DNA of 64,000 nucleotides, from contig JANOAV010000041.1 in NCBI GenBank assembly GCA_031411295.1, positions 1 to 64,000 of the forward strand. The letters are read 5' to 3'. The notes beneath the pieces were generated by a model. It was given only the letters and a program-made list of their open reading frames with translations. It searched no databases and was not told the DNA's origin. A program made the translations under genes and the position numbers. Origin of the DNA: Verrucomicrobiales bacterium (lineage in GTDB: Bacteria > Verrucomicrobiota > Verrucomicrobiia > Verrucomicrobiales > V1-33). This document shows positions 10,044-19,869 of the stretch, in pieces; the stretch's first letter is position 1, and the number at the start of each line of letters is the position of its first letter.

Positions 10044-11099
10044 ATGAAACCCACCCTCCTACTGCTGACGCACCTCCTTCTTACCGCGTCGATGTCCTGC
10101 GCCCTGGCCGACGACGTGCTCCTCAAACCCGGCGCTCCCGTGGATGGCGGCAAGATCGTCTTCGATCTTAAAGCGTGGGAGAAAGCGCAGCTGGAACCGC
10201 AGTTTATTCCCTGGGCTGGAAAGAACCTTACCTTTCTCACCTTGGACCAGAAGTTGGATCCCGCCATGGTGACGCACTTTGTCAATTGCCTGGACCGGGG
10301 CTGGGACACTTACGCCGAACTTACGGGACGCAAGCCCGCCTTGTTCAAACAACTCAACGGCAAGCCCACGGTGGCGGCCGTGCCCGGTGGAGGATTAACG
10401 TGTGGGGCGGGTTGCGGTTATGTTGGAACCACCGGCGTTGAGTTGGCGATGTTTTACGACACCAATGTCGCGGAATGGAAACGAGATCCGCTGAGTTTCC
10501 CGCACTACGGCTTCTATGAACTGGGGCGCAATTTCTACACCTTCGGAGAGCGGCATTCCTGCTTCATTACGGGCTATGCCGTGTTCATGCGCTACGTTTG
10601 CATGGATGCCGTGCAGTGTCACGATCTGGATCTGGGGACGCGGCAGCACATTGAGCGCATGGAGCAAATTTATGCCGCCTCCCAAGAACCGTTCCTCCGC
10701 ACCTTCACCATGCATGGTGGCTACTCTGAAAAAGAGAACCGACTCAAAGACGCCAGTGGCAACGCCATCCCCGTCAGCGACCAGCCCGTCATGTATGCCG
10801 CCGCCATGCTGAAACTGCGCCAAGACTACGGAGGCGACGCTTGGGTGAAGAAATTCTTTGCCGCTTTAGCCAAGTGTCCAGAAATCAAACCGACGGATAA
10901 AACTACCGCCCAGCAACAATGCCTCGCTTGGTTGGTCTGCGCCTCCGTGGCTGCCGGGAAGGACCTGACGCCAATTTTCGTGGATCGCTGGCGCATGGAA
11001 ATGAAGGCGGAGCTGCGGGCGAATTTTACCGCCACTGATTGGAAAAATTCCCCGGCCGACCCCAGTCGATTTTTGGAGACCAGCGCCCCGAGCGACTGA
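10044..11099 (+). CDS. Secreted hypothetical protein, possibly zincin-like fold with degenerate motif
   Basis: Signal peptide MKPTLLLLTHLLLTASMSCALA; CGAGCG loop; FYELGRNFY segment. Confidence 0.7.
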   Translation: MKPTLLLLTHLLLTASMSCALADDVLLKPGAPVDGGKIVFDLKAWEKAQLEPQFIPWAGKNLTFLTLDQKLDPAMVTHFVNCLDRGWDTYAELTGRKPALFKQLNGKPTVAAVPGGGLTCGAGCGYVGTTGVELAMFYDTNVAEWKRDPLSFPHYGFYELGRNFYTFGERHSCFITGYAVFMRYVCMDAVQCHDLDLGTRQHIERMEQIYAASQEPFLRTFTMHGGYSEKENRLKDASGNAIPVSDQPVMYAAAMLKLRQDYGGDAWVKKFFAALAKCPEIKPTDKTTAQQQCLAWLVCASVAAGKDLTPIFVDRWRMEMKAELRANFTATDWKNSPADPSRFLETSAPSD

Positions 11100-11326
11100 T
11101 GCTGCCAGGCTTGATGCTGGTCTCGTTACCGCGCCCGCCACATCCAGTGGAGTTTGCCAGTGGAGGGCGACGTGAGGAGACCAGCGGCCCGGATGGTTGA
11201 TGCTGGCGGGCTTGCTTTGGAGGCAGTTGATCCGCTGGCGAATTCTGGGAAAAATTCATTGCCCCGCAGGTCCATTTCTTGCAAGCTCCAGCCAGTTGCG
11301 CCACGGTATTCCCGCTCCTCTAAATT

Positions 11327-12592
11327 ATGAAATTATCCCTTCCTAAGCTTCCCTTTTTCGTCTGGATTATCTTCGGCTTGCTGCTGGGGTTGGGATTTGG
11401 ATTCCTGGCCAATCGCAATCAGCTGGATATTAGCGGATTCAAGGTGGTGAGCGGGTTGGTATTGCAGGCATTGCAACTGCTGGCTACTCCATTGATTTTT
11501 GTGGCGGTGGTGTTGTCGTTGCTTCGGGCGCAGATTTCCGGGCGCAGTGGGTTGAAGCTGGGGTGGCTCTTGGCCACGAATACCCTGGTGGCGATTGTGA
11601 TTGGCCTGGTGGTGGTCAATGTGATGAAGCCAGGCGAGCATGCCGGGCTGGAGCAACCCACGGAAGCGGAGCATAAGCGCCTGGAAGGGAAACGTGAATT
11701 CAGTGTGGTCGATGATTTGGTGAAGAAGCTGATCCCCAAGAGCATCGGTGGGCCGTTCGTAGAAAACGATATTTTGGAGATCGTGATCATGGCCTTGGGC
11801 GTGGGATTTGCGCTGCGAGCGGTGCGGCGGGACCGGGAGCATGAAGCGGGGTTAATGACGGTGGAAAGCTTGCTGGATACGGGATTCCAAGTGATCCTCA
11901 AGCTGCTGCACGTGGTCTTTTACTTTGTGCCAGTAGCAGTATTCTGTGTCGTGGCAGCTGTGGTGGCGAAGGATGGTTTCGGGGCTTTCGTCAAGTTCGC
12001 CCAGTTCGTTTTAGCGGTGTTAGTGGCATTGCTGCTCCAGGGGCTGTTTTATTTATCAAGATTACGGCTCGGATCCTGGGTGCGGCCGAGGCATTTTCTC
12101 AGGGGGGGCTTGGATGCACTAACGATGGCGTTTTCCACCGCCAGTTCCACCGCTACGCTGCCGGTCACCTATCGTTGTGCGGTGGAGAAGATCGGGCTGC
12201 GGGATGAGAATGCGCGGCTGGGAACGATGGTGGGGGGAAATTTAAACAATGATGGCACCGCACTCTATGAAGCCATGGCGGCGCTCTTCGTAGCGCAAGC
12301 GTTGGGATATCCCTTGGGATTGGGACAACAGTTGTTGATTGTCTTCATGGCGGTCATTGCCAGCGTGGGGGCGGCGGGAATTCCTGAAGCAGGTCTGGTC
12401 ACGATGATGGCGGTATTTAGCGCGGTTAAATTGCCGATCGATTACATCCCGCTGCTGCTCACCGTGGATTGGTTCCTCGACCGCTGTCGCACCGCCATGA
12501 ATGTGATGGGAGATCTGACCGTTTCCAGTTTGCTGGATGGCAAGACTCCTGATCCCGCTCGGCTAACCTCAGCTAACCCGAATCCAGCATGA
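11327..12592 (+). CDS. Dicarboxylate/amino acid:cation symporter (DAACS family)
   Basis: AFSTASSTATLP, NLNNDGTALYEA, ASVGAAGIPEAGLV, DWFLDRCRTAMNVMGD. Confidence 0.95.
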   Translation: MKLSLPKLPFFVWIIFGLLLGLGFGFLANRNQLDISGFKVVSGLVLQALQLLATPLIFVAVVLSLLRAQISGRSGLKLGWLLATNTLVAIVIGLVVVNVMKPGEHAGLEQPTEAEHKRLEGKREFSVVDDLVKKLIPKSIGGPFVENDILEIVIMALGVGFALRAVRRDREHEAGLMTVESLLDTGFQVILKLLHVVFYFVPVAVFCVVAAVVAKDGFGAFVKFAQFVLAVLVALLLQGLFYLSRLRLGSWVRPRHFLRGGLDALTMAFSTASSTATLPVTYRCAVEKIGLRDENARLGTMVGGNLNNDGTALYEAMAALFVAQALGYPLGLGQQLLIVFMAVIASVGAAGIPEAGLVTMMAVFSAVKLPIDYIPLLLTVDWFLDRCRTAMNVMGDLTVSSLLDGKTPDPARLTSANPNPA

Positions 12593-12714
12593 ACGCAAAA
12601 CTCTCTCGGCGGCAATTTCTTGGCTCTGCCAACTGCGCGTTGGTGAGCGCGATTCCGGTGATGAATACCCTGCTGAACCTGCGTTTGGCCGGCAGTGCCG
12701 CCGCGGACGCTTAA
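12589..12714 (+). pseudogene. Orphan twin-arginine leader, 41 aa; truncated DUF1501-like gene
   Basis: MNAKLSRRQFLGSANCALVSAIPVMNTLLNLRLAGSAAADA*; SRRQFL Tat motif; ATGA overlap with symporter stop. Confidence 0.65.
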
Positions 12715-12869
12715 TCCCCACGACGAGTGCGGACGCATTTTTTGCGGAAATGGCATTGTGGTTAGGCGTATCGAAATCCCGTTTGCCGCTGGTCCTGCCC
12801 AACATCGCTCGATTCTACAGCCCCAGCAGCAGCAGTCCGCCGCTGGGCTTCATGGCCTAAGCGAGGGCG

Positions 12870-13143
12870 TTGGGTGATTCGGGGCGTGGATGGCACGAGG
12901 GAAATCGTGCTGGTCATCACGCGGAGCGATGATGACTACTTTCTCTATAGTAGCCGTCATCGCTCTGCGTGACGGCAGTCGGAGGTAGGCGTATGCGAGT
13001 TCGGAGCGCGCCCGACTAGCTCGGCCGGGCATGCGAACTTGCTCGGCCATTACATTAGCAGTGGCGCGTGCTTTGGGTGATTCGGGGCGTGGATGGGGCA
13101 AGGGAAATCGTGCTGGTCATCACGCGGAGCGATGATGACTACT
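12870..13143. repeat. BIME-like cluster: two 71-bp direct repeats with an inverted REP copy between them
   Basis: 12870-12940 and 13073-13143 nearly identical; both end in gtcatcacgcggagcgatgatgactact (GTAG plus hairpin on minus strand); inverted variant agtagccgtcatcgctctgcgtgacggc at ~12949-12976. Confidence 0.85.
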
Positions 13144-13159
13144 ATGCGTTGTCGCTGCC

Positions 13160-13963
13160 TTAGAATGGCTTGCCGTAACCAGCGCAGCGGGCCATCCATC
13201 CGGCTCGCCATTGGTCCTCCTTCTTGGGGGCCAATTGAATGCGTCGCTCCAAGGTGCGCTGGGCAGCTTGGGCGAATTCTTTGGTGGCGGCGGTGCCCTC
13301 TGGAGCGCCCGACATTTCCTGGAGGACTTGGAGCAGGCCCCAGCCTTTGCCCTGATAGCGCTCGCTGGGATTGGTGCCCTCCCCTTTGAAGTTGACGTAA
13401 TCCATCATGCCATAGAGTCCTGCAGGGACGGCCGCCAGGTGTTGGATGCGTTGCTGAATCTGCTTCCGTTCGGAGGAGGGAGCGGCGGAAATGATTTTCT
13501 TGGTGCCGTCCAGAAAACGCTTCGCCAGCACTTCGGCTTGCAGGGGCACCGTGTTGGCGAGCAGATTGCGGAGTTCCTTCATTCGCACCGAGTCCTTTTG
13601 CGCCAGGAAGCTCTTCCGATCCTGCCATGGGCAAACGTCCGCCGAGGCTAACCAAGCTGGGATCTTAACGCCTTTGGTTCCCAAATGTTTGATGACCGCC
13701 GGGAAACTTTCCTCATAGGGGCCCTTGGGACCGGCTGGATACCAGATGAAATGTCCGATGCCCAGAGAGGCAAAATTTTCTCCGGTATTCCAACTGGTCA
13801 GCCCGGAGACGGTCCCGCCACATTCATTCTGCCAGACCCGCTGGCCGATCTTGCGCGCGGTGGCCTCGCTGATGCCGTCAATGACGGGAGCTTCGGCCGG
13901 GGCGGTGGCGCATCCGCCGCAGAGCAGGAGCGAGGCATAGAGGAACCAGTGCGTAAGGCGCAT
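13160..13963 (-). CDS. Conserved hypothetical lipoprotein, possibly lysozyme-like fold
   Basis: Lipobox-like LLCGGC; WQNE, SWNTGENFASLGIGHFIWYP, DYVNFKGEG, GWGLLQVL. Confidence 0.75.
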   Translation of the reverse strand: MRLTHWFLYASLLLCGGCATAPAEAPVIDGISEATARKIGQRVWQNECGGTVSGLTSWNTGENFASLGIGHFIWYPAGPKGPYEESFPAVIKHLGTKGVKIPAWLASADVCPWQDRKSFLAQKDSVRMKELRNLLANTVPLQAEVLAKRFLDGTKKIISAAPSSERKQIQQRIQHLAAVPAGLYGMMDYVNFKGEGTNPSERYQGKGWGLLQVLQEMSGAPEGTAATKEFAQAAQRTLERRIQLAPKKEDQWRAGWMARCAGYGKPF

Positions 13964-13983
13964 GAGCAGCGGGGCGGGATAAA

Positions 13984-14352
13984 TTAGTTGATGAACTGGA
14001 TTTTGGTTCCCGGAGCAGTTTGGGCCTGACGCATGGCAGCGTGTTCTTCATCACTGCAACCACGGTCGGTGGGGGCGTCGGCCGGAACTTCGAGGGAGGC
14101 AATCAAGCCTTTTTCCAAGAGGTATCCTTCCACTTCGGCTCCGCTAACATCAGCCAAAATGATGCCATTAACGGTCACGCAGGGCGAGAGTGGCTGACCC
14201 GTCTTTTGTTCCATTTCCCAGCGGAAGGCGGGGTTCTTGATGATGTCTTTTTCCTCATAGCTGAGGTCGTATTTGCGCATCACGGCGCGCACGCCTTCGC
14301 TCCAGCCGCAGAAGGTTTTGAGGTAACAGGTGATTTCGAGGGGATTATTCAT
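13984..14352 (-). CDS. Monothiol glutaredoxin-like protein
   Basis: CGWS active-site motif, TGQPLSPCVTVNG. Confidence 0.85.
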   Translation of the reverse strand: MNNPLEITCYLKTFCGWSEGVRAVMRKYDLSYEEKDIIKNPAFRWEMEQKTGQPLSPCVTVNGIILADVSGAEVEGYLLEKGLIASLEVPADAPTDRGCSDEEHAAMRQAQTAPGTKIQFIN

Positions 14353-14406
14353 GGTGGGGGGCTTGGGATAAGTTAAAGTAACCGGGTGGCTTAGCGTGGC
14401 CGGGAG

Positions 14407-15087
14407 CTATTCGTATTTAACCAATTCGTCACCCGGCTGGATTTGAATGCCCGGGGGCACGGACTTCGTGTCCACATCAGCAATCGAGGAGGCATCTTCA
14501 ATGGTATCGCTCACTTTGACCTTGCCGACGAGCATGGCATCACGACGAATGCTAAAAATCATACCTTTTTCCAAGTTGCGATTCCGACCGGCATCAAGTT
14601 CGACGAACGCCAACTCACTGTTGTAGTTTTTGATCTTGGCCATGGCGGGAAGATTTTTGATGCGGGTTTGCAGGGGATTAAATTGCGGGGGGGTAGTCTT
14701 GTCCCGGAGGGCTGCGATCTCTGCATCCAAAAGCAACTTTTCCTGAGCAGCCGCAGAAAGCGATCTGGATGGATCGGGGAGATCAGAGATGGCGGGGACG
14801 GCGGGCTGCTGCCCGCCAGGCGGAAGCGCGGAGCCAGGCTGGCCGGATTTCATCACGGGTGGAACGGCGGGAGGCAGGGAACTTGCGACCGCAGGGACCG
14901 GCGGGGCAGGAACTGCCGGGACTTCCGCTGCGGGAGGTTTGCTGTATTGTTTCAACAGGTCCATCATCTTATCCTGCCGGTCTTGAATGGCCGCTATCTT
15001 CTTGTCATTGGCGCTGTCCATCATCAGAAAGCAGGCGGCAACTGCTAGCAGCATGATACCGGCAATGGCTAGGTGGGTGATTTTCAT
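14407..15087 (-). CDS. Hypothetical membrane-anchored protein with Pro-rich linker and C-terminal small beta-barrel
   Basis: N-terminal TM helix, PAVP-rich linker, FVELDAG...GMIFSIRRD..VGKVKV...IQPGDEL; start likely 15087. Confidence 0.7.
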   Translation of the reverse strand: MKITHLAIAGIMLLAVAACFLMMDSANDKKIAAIQDRQDKMMDLLKQYSKPPAAEVPAVPAPPVPAVASSLPPAVPPVMKSGQPGSALPPGGQQPAVPAISDLPDPSRSLSAAAQEKLLLDAEIAALRDKTTPPQFNPLQTRIKNLPAMAKIKNYNSELAFVELDAGRNRNLEKGMIFSIRRDAMLVGKVKVSDTIEDASSIADVDTKSVPPGIQIQPGDELVKYE

Positions 15088-15247
15088 GGAAGTAAAGATT
15101 TGGTTTTGGGATGGGGCAGGATCGGGGGTATCGGGATCATCGGAGGAATTCACAAAATTGCAAGGTCGGGAAAAGCAACCGAGATGAAGCGGACAAATTC
15201 AGTTGCTCGACCTCGTGAGCACGTCGAATTCTTGAGACACCCCTTTT

Positions 15248-15910
15248 ATGAAAGAAATCCAAGAACTCCGCCGTCTGCCCGCTCCCTTCCCGCGTCCGCA
15301 AGCCCTCGCCTGGGATGGAACATCTCTGTGGCTGAGTTCCATGGCGACCAAGGAAATTTGCGGCATGGATCCTGCGGCTTGGACGCCCACTTGGAAAGTA
15401 GCCGCCCCTGGAGTTCCCTTCGGTATGACCGCCGTGGGCTCGGAGTTGCGCGTGCTCTGTGGCGAGACCAGCGAGGACAACCGCATCATCCGCCGCTGCA
15501 TTCCGCAACAAGGCTTCGATGCAGACTTCGCTCTGCCCTGCCCGGACGATACCGGTTCCCAACTGGGATACGATGGCTCCAGCCTGTATGTCAGCCAATG
15601 GTATAACCAACGCGTGCTGCGCCTGAATGCCGCCGGGGAAACCGATGCGGTCATCGCCTCGCCACATCAAATTTGCGGCCAGGTGATCGTGGGCGATTTT
15701 GTTTACCTGATGACCACGGATGATGAGTCCACCAACGATTTCTTCCTCACCCGGATTCATCTCACGACGCACCTTGCTGAGGATGTCGCCAAAGTCCCGT
15801 TCCAAGCCCGCGCCCTGGCCTTCGATGGCCAACACTTCTGGACCAATCATCGTGAGGCCCATGAGACGGTCTGTTTTGCGCTGGCTGATGATCCCGAAAG
15901 CGGTAATTGA
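15248..15910 (+). CDS. Beta-propeller protein (glutamine cyclotransferase/YVTN-like repeats)
   Basis: Repeated ALAWDGTSLW / QLGYDGSSLY / ALAFDGQHFW motifs. Confidence 0.7.
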   Translation: MKEIQELRRLPAPFPRPQALAWDGTSLWLSSMATKEICGMDPAAWTPTWKVAAPGVPFGMTAVGSELRVLCGETSEDNRIIRRCIPQQGFDADFALPCPDDTGSQLGYDGSSLYVSQWYNQRVLRLNAAGETDAVIASPHQICGQVIVGDFVYLMTTDDESTNDFFLTRIHLTTHLAEDVAKVPFQARALAFDGQHFWTNHREAHETVCFALADDPESGN

Positions 15911-15984
15911 AATGTAGTTAGGCGCGGACTAAGGTCCGGCACTGCATTTATATGGTGACTGGAGCGCCCTCGCTCCAGTCACCA
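15910..15984. repeat. Two hairpins (REP-like, possibly bidirectional terminator) between convergent genes
   Basis: Perfect 14-bp stem tggtgactggagcg-ccct-cgctccagtcacca (15953-15984); aaatgtagt...actgcattt stem at 15910-15949. Confidence 0.7.
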
Positions 15985-16011
15985 ATGAGTCTGGTCTTGT
16001 GCCGCAAGCGC

Positions 16012-16773
16012 TCACTTCTTGTCCAGCATCTTGATTTTGACGTCTTTAAATTGCAGCGTCATGGTGTGACCGCCGTGCATTTGGAAACCGATAACGCCGT
16101 CCTTGCAAGCTTTGGGGCTGTTGTCCGTCATCTCCGTGGTGACCTGACCGTTGATGCTGTAAGTGATCTTATTGCCATCCACTACGACCACGACATCGTT
16201 CCACTCACCTACGGGTTTGATCTTGGCTTTGATTTCATCTGAGGTTTGGCCCAGTGGCGTAGCGGAACGTTTGTTGTCCGCGTCCCACACCGTTTTTTCG
16301 CCCCGATTGCTCATGATACCGCGGCCGCCGGCCACGCCACCTTCGTCGTAAATGATACCAGTGTATCCGTTGCCAGCATCGATGTCCGCTTGATAGCCGC
16401 CCACATGCATCGCCTGCGCATTGTCGATCTTGCCCCGGATCTGCAGTCCCGAGTTTCCGCCGGGCGTGAGCCATTTGAAACTGTAGTGGATTTCAAAGTT
16501 GGCGAATTTTTCCGGCTGATCTTTCGAGCAGAGCAAAATCAAATCGGTCTGTTTGGAGTTTTCCTTGGTCTCGGAACACTGAATGGCTCCATCCACGACC
16601 GTCCAGTAGCCTGGCAATCCTTCCCAGCCAGCGAGATCCTTGCCGTTGAAAAGGGAGATCCAGCCGTCGGCCCCGGCAGCGGGGATTTCAGCCTTGGCTT
16701 TGTCTTGGGCCATGCTGACGCTGGACAAGGCGCTGAGAGCGAGGCCGGCACAGAATAGGGGGAATAGTTTCAT
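16012..16773 (-). CDS. DUF1080 (3-keto-disaccharide hydrolase) secreted protein
   Basis: GWISLFNGKDLAGW, GNSGLQIR, GYQADID, GEWN, GVIGFQMH, FKDVKIK; signal peptide from ATG 16773. Confidence 0.92.
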   Translation of the reverse strand: MKLFPLFCAGLALSALSSVSMAQDKAKAEIPAAGADGWISLFNGKDLAGWEGLPGYWTVVDGAIQCSETKENSKQTDLILLCSKDQPEKFANFEIHYSFKWLTPGGNSGLQIRGKIDNAQAMHVGGYQADIDAGNGYTGIIYDEGGVAGGRGIMSNRGEKTVWDADNKRSATPLGQTSDEIKAKIKPVGEWNDVVVVVDGNKITYSINGQVTTEMTDNSPKACKDGVIGFQMHGGHTMTLQFKDVKIKMLDKK

Positions 16774-16947
16774 TGGGAGTAAATAGTTAGAAGTGAATTT
16801 GCGAGAGGCTCCCATGCTGGCTCAGTTTTCGGGGCTTGCCAAATAAATGCTTTAACGCCAACACGGCTTCGAGACGATCCGCGTTTCGTGCCAAAACTCC
16901 TCTAATGCGGGATTGTGCACAGCCTCCGCTCTGGAGTGTAATCCGGT

Positions 16948-19278
16948 ATGCACTCATTTCTCTTTCTTCTGCTGCTGGCGACGCCCTTGGCTGCCGCCCC
17001 TGTCACCTTCGACAACATTTCCCAGCGCAGTGGCAAATGGTCTGATCCAGCCACCTGGGGCGGCCGCCTGCCGACTGGCGGAGCAAAGGTGCAGATCAAG
17101 ACCGGCCATGTCGTGACGTTTGATGTGGAAACATCTGCCGCCCTCCGCGTCGTTCATGTGGCCGGCACGCTGACGTTCTCTCGCACGCAGAATACGCTGC
17201 TGGAAGTAGGTCTGCTGCGGGTCACGCCGGGCGATACTTGCAGCGAGGATGGTTTCGACTGCCATGATGACGCTCCGGCCACGTCCTCTACGGAGATGCC
17301 GAAATTGGAAATCGGCACGCCGTCAGAACCGATGCCTGCGAACGTGCAAAGCGTGATTCGCCTCCACTATTTCCCTGACATGAATCGCGAGACGCTGCCG
17401 GCCATTGTCGCTTGCGGTGGGCGCTGGGAAATGCATGGCGCCCCGGTGGCGCGCACGTGGTTGAAGCTCGCAGCTACGGTGCCGGTTGGTGCCCGGGAAG
17501 TGACCTTGGCGGAACCACCCACTGGCTGGAAGGCAGGCGATCACGTCATCGTCACGGGATCCAATGAGAGTGATTACCAAAAGGAAGTGAAGCAGGCGCC
17601 TAACGGCACGTTTGCGGGAGCCACGGAGGATCGGCTCATCACGCAGATCACGGGGGCTACCCTCACGCTGGATCGGCCGCTAACCTACGCGCATTTGGGC
17701 GAAGGCATCCTGAGCAGTGAGGTCGGCCTGCTCTCCCATAACGTCGTGGTTGAGAGCGCAGAACCGGACGGCGTGCGCGGCCACACGATGTATCATCGGG
17801 ACTCAGCGGGTGGTATCAGCTATGCCGAGTTCCGTCACTTGGGCAAGAAGGGCGTGTTAGGGAAATATCCCATTCACTTTCATCTGGCGCGCGATACCAT
17901 GCGCGGCAGCGGCGTGACCGGAGCCAGCGTCTGGGACTCGGATAACCGTTGGATCACGGTGCATGGATCGGATCATTTGCTGGTGCGGGATTGCGTGGGC
18001 TATCGCTCGCGGGGTCACGGATTCTTTCTGGAGGATGCCACGGAGCAATGGAATGTCTTTGACCGAAATTTAGCGGTGCAAGCCATCGGGGCCCTCCCCC
18101 TGCCCAAGCAAGCGCTGCCATTTGATCAGAACGAAGGGGCCGGCTTTTGGTGGGCCAATGGTCGCAATAGTTTCACCCGCAATGTTGCCTGCGAGAACCA
18201 TCGCTACGGCTATCGCTTTGAATTGCATCAGAGCAGTGGTTTCGATCCCCGCGTGCGCCTGCGCGGCTTGACGGGCGAGCCTGAGGATCTGGATGTGCGG
18301 GCAGTTCCGTTCTTGAAATTTGAGGACAACGAATCCCACACGGAGGGGCTCTACAGCTTTAACTTTGGCTACGATAAACATGGCGAAATCCATGGCGACA
18401 AGCAGCATCCGTTCATCGTGCGCAATCTGCGGGCGTGGGAGACGCATTATGTGCTGCGACCCGATCTCCAGTATTTCCTCTGCGAGGGCCTGCGGGTGAA
18501 GCACGCCGTCTATGGCATTTACCACCCGGACTACGATGCTCATGTCTATCGCGATTTGGATTTCGATAACATCAACAGTGAACCCATCAACCGCGGGCAC
18601 GACGACGACAGCATTCAGTATGGTGACTTCACCTACGAGCGCCTGACCTTGACCAACTGCAAGGTGGGGCGCGATCCTCTCATCCAAATGGCCTGCACGG
18701 CCCCTGTGGCTGGAGTCAGTGGCTATTTCAAAGATCTGAAGATCAGCAACTGCAAGTCCAACACCAACGTCGTGGATCTAGGTGGCGGCCCGCGTAACGA
18801 TCAGTTGGCGTATCCTGTGAGTTACCATTTCATCAACCAAAACAGCAAAGCCCTCGGCTTGGAAAGTGAGGTCACAGGAGATCTGCTAGTCATGAGCGAC
18901 AAATTTCCCGAGCAGCTAAAACTACACGATTTTGGAAATTACGCGCACTGGACCGGTCCCTCCGTGCGTGCCGCCGTCGTCAAAGCGCAGGAGTTGCCAG
19001 TCTTGCTGGAACCAACGGACGACCTGCCTCCCGCCACCCTCATTACCAGCATCCGCCGCCAAGGGAACACGTTGAAAATTTCCGGCATCAGCCACGACAA
19101 TGGCACCATCGCCCAAGTAACCATCAACGCCACCCCAGTGACCATCACGTCCCAGCACCATGGCCTAGCCGATTGGGAAATTACCTTGCCCGCAGCGGAA
19201 ACCATCACTGCCCGCGCCACCGACCAATCCGGAAACTCCGAACGCTGGCCTCAAGTGGTTCAGATGTCGCGCAAATGA
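16948..19278 (+). CDS. Secreted G8-domain beta-helix protein (TMEM2/fibrocystin-like architecture)
   Basis: SGKWSDPATW G8 start, GWKAGDHVIVT, EVGLLSHNV, LGKYPIHFH, GHGFFLED; C-terminal Ig-like domain. Confidence 0.85.
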   Translation: MHSFLFLLLLATPLAAAPVTFDNISQRSGKWSDPATWGGRLPTGGAKVQIKTGHVVTFDVETSAALRVVHVAGTLTFSRTQNTLLEVGLLRVTPGDTCSEDGFDCHDDAPATSSTEMPKLEIGTPSEPMPANVQSVIRLHYFPDMNRETLPAIVACGGRWEMHGAPVARTWLKLAATVPVGAREVTLAEPPTGWKAGDHVIVTGSNESDYQKEVKQAPNGTFAGATEDRLITQITGATLTLDRPLTYAHLGEGILSSEVGLLSHNVVVESAEPDGVRGHTMYHRDSAGGISYAEFRHLGKKGVLGKYPIHFHLARDTMRGSGVTGASVWDSDNRWITVHGSDHLLVRDCVGYRSRGHGFFLEDATEQWNVFDRNLAVQAIGALPLPKQALPFDQNEGAGFWWANGRNSFTRNVACENHRYGYRFELHQSSGFDPRVRLRGLTGEPEDLDVRAVPFLKFEDNESHTEGLYSFNFGYDKHGEIHGDKQHPFIVRNLRAWETHYVLRPDLQYFLCEGLRVKHAVYGIYHPDYDAHVYRDLDFDNINSEPINRGHDDDSIQYGDFTYERLTLTNCKVGRDPLIQMACTAPVAGVSGYFKDLKISNCKSNTNVVDLGGGPRNDQLAYPVSYHFINQNSKALGLESEVTGDLLVMSDKFPEQLKLHDFGNYAHWTGPSVRAAVVKAQELPVLLEPTDDLPPATLITSIRRQGNTLKISGISHDNGTIAQVTINATPVTITSQHHGLADWEITLPAAETITARATDQSGNSERWPQVVQMSRK

Positions 19279-19363
19279 TGGCCTGAGGGGGCGTAGCGGA
19301 CTAGTAAATGCAATAATCCCAAAACTACTTGCATGATTGTTATTTCTGTAGTTACAGAAACAA

Positions 19364-19846
19364 ATGAAACAATTAACCAACCCTCATCCCAATCTCATCG
19401 GAAAAGCGGGCAACGTCCTGCGCTCCAAGAAGGCCTTCACTTATTGGATGGGCTATGGCGCACCGCCCTTTCTGTTTGGAAATATACCGATTAGCTTTTG
19501 GGTGCACTGGACCTTCGGCCTCCTGAGCTTAATCATCATGAGCTGGTTTACCTGGCACACCGTTAGCAATGTCTGCGTCCGATGCCCCCACTATGGGAGT
19601 CGCCATTGTTTAGTCGGTGGGATCAAGCTCCCATTTTTGCAGAAAAAATCCTCGTCTAGTATTTCACGCAGCAGGATTCATTTTCAGTATTGGGCCGACT
19701 TGGGAATCATGGGCTACACCATTTTCTGCTACAGTTTTTTCCCCCTGCTGCTGCCCGTGGTGATCATCGGTTCCGTTGGCGCCCTAATCATGGTCTATTT
19801 GCCCAAGCGGCACCATGGACTGTTCCATCGACTGAGAAATCCGTAA
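19364..19846 (+). CDS. Hypothetical membrane protein with CxxCPHYxxxxC motif
   Basis: About 4 hydrophobic segments; VCVRCPHYGSRHC. Confidence 0.65.
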   Translation: MKQLTNPHPNLIGKAGNVLRSKKAFTYWMGYGAPPFLFGNIPISFWVHWTFGLLSLIIMSWFTWHTVSNVCVRCPHYGSRHCLVGGIKLPFLQKKSSSSISRSRIHFQYWADLGIMGYTIFCYSFFPLLLPVVIIGSVGALIMVYLPKRHHGLFHRLRNP

Positions 19847-19869
19847 GGTGTGTTTAATAAAATCATATT

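Noticed and set aside
12870..13143. CRISPR array
   Set aside because: Only two 71-bp copies with a 132-bp intervening sequence that itself contains related hairpins; no cas genes; fits REP/BIME better
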